NCBI GenBank assembly: GCA_034440375.1
Contig: JAWXBZ010000258.1
Location: 1-16,400, forward strand
Direction of reading: 5' to 3'
Source: Candidatus Eiseniibacteriota bacterium
Lineage (GTDB): Bacteria; Eisenbacteria; RBG-16-71-46; JABDJR01; JAWXBZ01
DNA length: 16,400 bases
Shown: positions 14,166 to 16,400 of the stretch, piece by piece
How the letters are laid out: every line of letters starts with the position of its first letter
How positions within the stretch are numbered: the stretch's first letter is position 1
Position numbers and translations under genes: made by a program
Notes under the pieces: generated by a model
What the model was told of the DNA's origin: nothing
The model's database searches: none
The model's input: only the letters and a program-made list of their open reading frames with translations

Positions 14166-16400
14166 ATGACGCTCACGCCCGGCACGCGCGTTGGTCCCTA
14201 CGAAATCCTGGGTCCCCTCGGGGCCGGCGGGATGGGGTTGGTTTATCGCGCGCAGGATCCCCGGCTGGAACGCCAGGTGGCCATCAAGGCGCTGCCGGAG
14301 GCGATGTCGGGGGATGCGGAACGGCTGGCTCGCTTCGAGCGCGAAGCGCGTGTCCTGGCCTCGCTGAACCATCCGAACATCGCGGCCATTTACGGGCTGG
14401 AAACCCTCGAGGGTGTGCCGCATCTTGTCCTCGAACTGGTGGACGGGGAAACCCTGTCCGCGCGGCTGGCCCGAGGGGCCATGGCTCCGGTCGTGGCACT
14501 CGACATCGGCATGCAGGTGGCGGCGGCCATCGAAGCCGCGCATGACGGGGGCATCGTGCACCGCGATCTGAAGCCCGGCAACGTCATGATCACAGGTGCC
14601 GGGATGGTCAAGGTCCTCGATTTCGGACTGGCCAAGGGAGCCGCCGCCGTGTCGTCCGCGTCGTCGCCCGATCTGTCGGCCTCGCCCACGATGGCCCTGT
14701 CCGCCACGCGCGAAGGAATGATTCTCGGCACGGCTCCCTACATGAGTCCCGAGCAGGCGCGCGGGCAGGCAGTGGACCGGCGCACCGACGTGTGGGCCTT
14801 CGGATGTCTCTTGTACGAGTGCTTGTCCGGCCGTCCGACGTTTTCCGGGGACACCGTGTCGGACGTCGTGGCCCGCATCCTCGAGCGGGAGCCCGACTGG
14901 GGGCTGCTGCCGGCTGCGTTGCCACCCCGCATCCTGGACATCGTGCGCCGCTGTCTGACCAAGGAGATGGCCCAGCGTCCGCGGGCCATCGGTGACCTGC
15001 GCCTGGAACTGGGTGCGATCCGTCTGGAGATGTCGTCGCCGACAATGGCCCGACCGGCGACCGCGTCCGCTCGGCCGTCGCTGGCGGTTCTCTACTTCGA
15101 AAACCTGTCCAGTGATTCGGAGAGTGACTATTTCTGCGCCGGCATCACCGAGGACATTCTCACTGATCTCTCCAAGATCAAGGGATTGAATGTGGCCTCG
15201 CGGAACGCGGTGGCCCGCTATCGCGGCAAGACTGTCGATCCGGCGCAGGTCGGGGCCGAACTCTCGGTCACGGCCGTGCTTGAAGGAAGCGTGCGTCGCG
15301 CGGGCGATCGCGTCCGTATCTCCGCGCAGTTGATCAACGCCGCCGACGGCTTTCACCTCTGGGCCGACCGCTACGACCGAACGATGGAGGATGTCTTTGC
15401 CGTGCAGGAGGAGATTGCCGCCTCGATCACCGAAGCGCTCCGCGTGGCGTTGACTCCGGCGGAAGCCGAAGCGCTGATCGGCAATCGTCCCGATGACGTG
15501 CGGGCCTACGACCTGTACCTGCGCGGCCGCGATCAGTACGGCCGTTACCAGGCCGACAGTCTGAAGGAGGCCGTCGAGCTGTTCGAGCAGGCCATCGCCA
15601 TCGACCCGAACTACGCGCTGGCCTGGGCCGGACTGGCCGACGCCTGCGCGCAGACGATGCACTGGGGTTATGCGTCCGACCCGGCGGCCATGCTGAACAA
15701 GGGGCTGGCCGCGGCCCGCAAGGCCATCAACCTGAATCCGTCGCTCGCGGAGGGTCATAAGGCCGAGGCGTTGAATCTTCGCGGCCTGAACGACGTCGAG
15801 GGGGAGATTCGGTCACTGGGCCAGGCTATCGAGGCCAATCCCCGCTATCTCCCCGCGATCATCAACCTCGCCGTGGTGGCCTTCGAATCGGGCAATGTGG
15901 CTGGTGCGGAACGAGGTCACCGGCGTGCCCTCGAAATCGACCCGCAGGAAGCCTTCGCCACCACCTGGCTCATGGGGATCACCCACATGACAGGGCGCCC
16001 TGACGAAACCCTGGCCCTCGCCGAACGGCTTCTCGAAATTTCCGACAAACCGTTTTACATGACCGCTTCGTACATGACCCAGGCAATTCTTGCCAACAGG
16101 CAGGGCGACCCAGCCGCCGCCGGCGCACTGCTGGTCCGGGCCGCCGCCGCCGGCGCGGATGCCTCGAACATGAGGTCCGTCGAAGCAATGCTGCACGCCG
16201 CGTCCGGCCGCCCGGCCGAAGCGCTCGAACTGCTGCGGGAGATGGCCCCCCATAGCGGCCTCAACACCGGCACCCTGTTGCTCGCTGCCCGCATTTCCAT
16301 GCAGCTCGGCGAACCCGAGATGGCCCTCTCATTTTTCGAGCGCCCAATTGTCGGGCACCTGGTGCCGACCATGCTCCGCCTCCACCCAGAATTCCACCCC
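14166..16400 (+). CDS. Hanks-type Ser/Thr protein kinase with TolB-N-like domain and TPR repeats (3' end runs off the window)
   Basis: Not in the ORF track; hand translation is open to the window end. Kinase motifs: [61 protein letters not shown]. TolB_N-like [11 protein letters not shown]...[14 protein letters not shown]...[19 protein letters not shown]...LWADRYDR. TPRs: [24 protein letters not shown]. Confidence 0.95.
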   Translation, partial: MTLTPGTRVGPYEILGPLGAGGMGLVYRAQDPRLERQVAIKALPEAMSGDAERLARFEREARVLASLNHPNIAAIYGLETLEGVPHLVLELVDGETLSARLARGAMAPVVALDIGMQVAAAIEAAHDGGIVHRDLKPGNVMITGAGMVKVLDFGLAKGAAAVSSASSPDLSASPTMALSATREGMILGTAPYMSPEQARGQAVDRRTDVWAFGCLLYECLSGRPTFSGDTVSDVVARILEREPDWGLLPAALPPRILDIVRRCLTKEMAQRPRAIGDLRLELGAIRLEMSSPTMARPATASARPSLAVLYFENLSSDSESDYFCAGITEDILTDLSKIKGLNVASRNAVARYRGKTVDPAQVGAELSVTAVLEGSVRRAGDRVRISAQLINAADGFHLWADRYDRTMEDVFAVQEEIAASITEALRVALTPAEAEALIGNRPDDVRAYDLYLRGRDQYGRYQADSLKEAVELFEQAIAIDPNYALAWAGLADACAQTMHWGYASDPAAMLNKGLAAARKAINLNPSLAEGHKAEALNLRGLNDVEGEIRSLGQAIEANPRYLPAIINLAVVAFESGNVAGAERGHRRALEIDPQEAFATTWLMGITHMTGRPDETLALAERLLEISDKPFYMTASYMTQAILANRQGDPAAAGALLVRAAAAGADASNMRSVEAMLHAASGRPAEALELLREMAPHSGLNTGTLLLAARISMQLGEPEMALSFFERPIVGHLVPTMLRLHPEFHP

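Noticed and set aside
14003-14185. N-terminal extension of the BNR ORF given in the track
   Set aside because: It overlaps the kinase promoter and start; a strong SD and family-like N-terminus support GTG 14002.
14148-15758. 536-aa minus-strand ORF
   Set aside because: Antisense shadow of the Ser/Thr kinase, which has all canonical motifs on the plus strand.
1-16400. CRISPR arrays, tRNA/rRNA, riboswitches, transposases or integrases
   Set aside because: No regularly spaced DNA repeats, recognisable RNA motifs or recombinase motifs were seen by eye; a covariance-model scan was not possible.

Overview
High-GC bacterial DNA. The PorV-type barrel, FlgD/T9SS-like C-terminal domain and kinase-TolB_N-TPR protein suggest a high-GC FCB-group lineage such as Ca. 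Eisenbacteria/Krumholzibacteria/Latescibacterota (inference only). The left half (<1-8543, minus strand) is a tightly coupled 4-gene operon. Its genes encode (1) a secreted 15-blade Reg_prop beta-propeller/Ig/ZU5-like protein with a T9SS-like C-terminal domain, (2) a PorV/PorQ-like beta-barrel fused to a transglutaminase-like Cys-His-Glu domain and TPRs, (3) a stand-alone exported TPR protein that is a paralog of the barrel's C-terminal module (both end LYW-x-x), and (4) an inner-membrane CHASE2-SpoIIE (PP2C) phosphatase. This looks like a candidate uncharacterised trans-envelope signalling system and is the best lead in the window. The right half holds an arsR-arsM pair with a visible promoter/operator, a small basic protein, an ALDH7-family aldehyde dehydrogenase, a probable truncated gene relic, a BNR/Asp-box propeller coupled to a MoaD/ThiS ubiquitin-like protein, and a Ser/Thr kinase-TolB_N-TPR gene running off the right edge. 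The two edge genes (CHASE2-SpoIIE and the kinase) are absent from the supplied ORF track and were translated by hand. No rRNA, tRNA, CRISPR array or transposase was seen.
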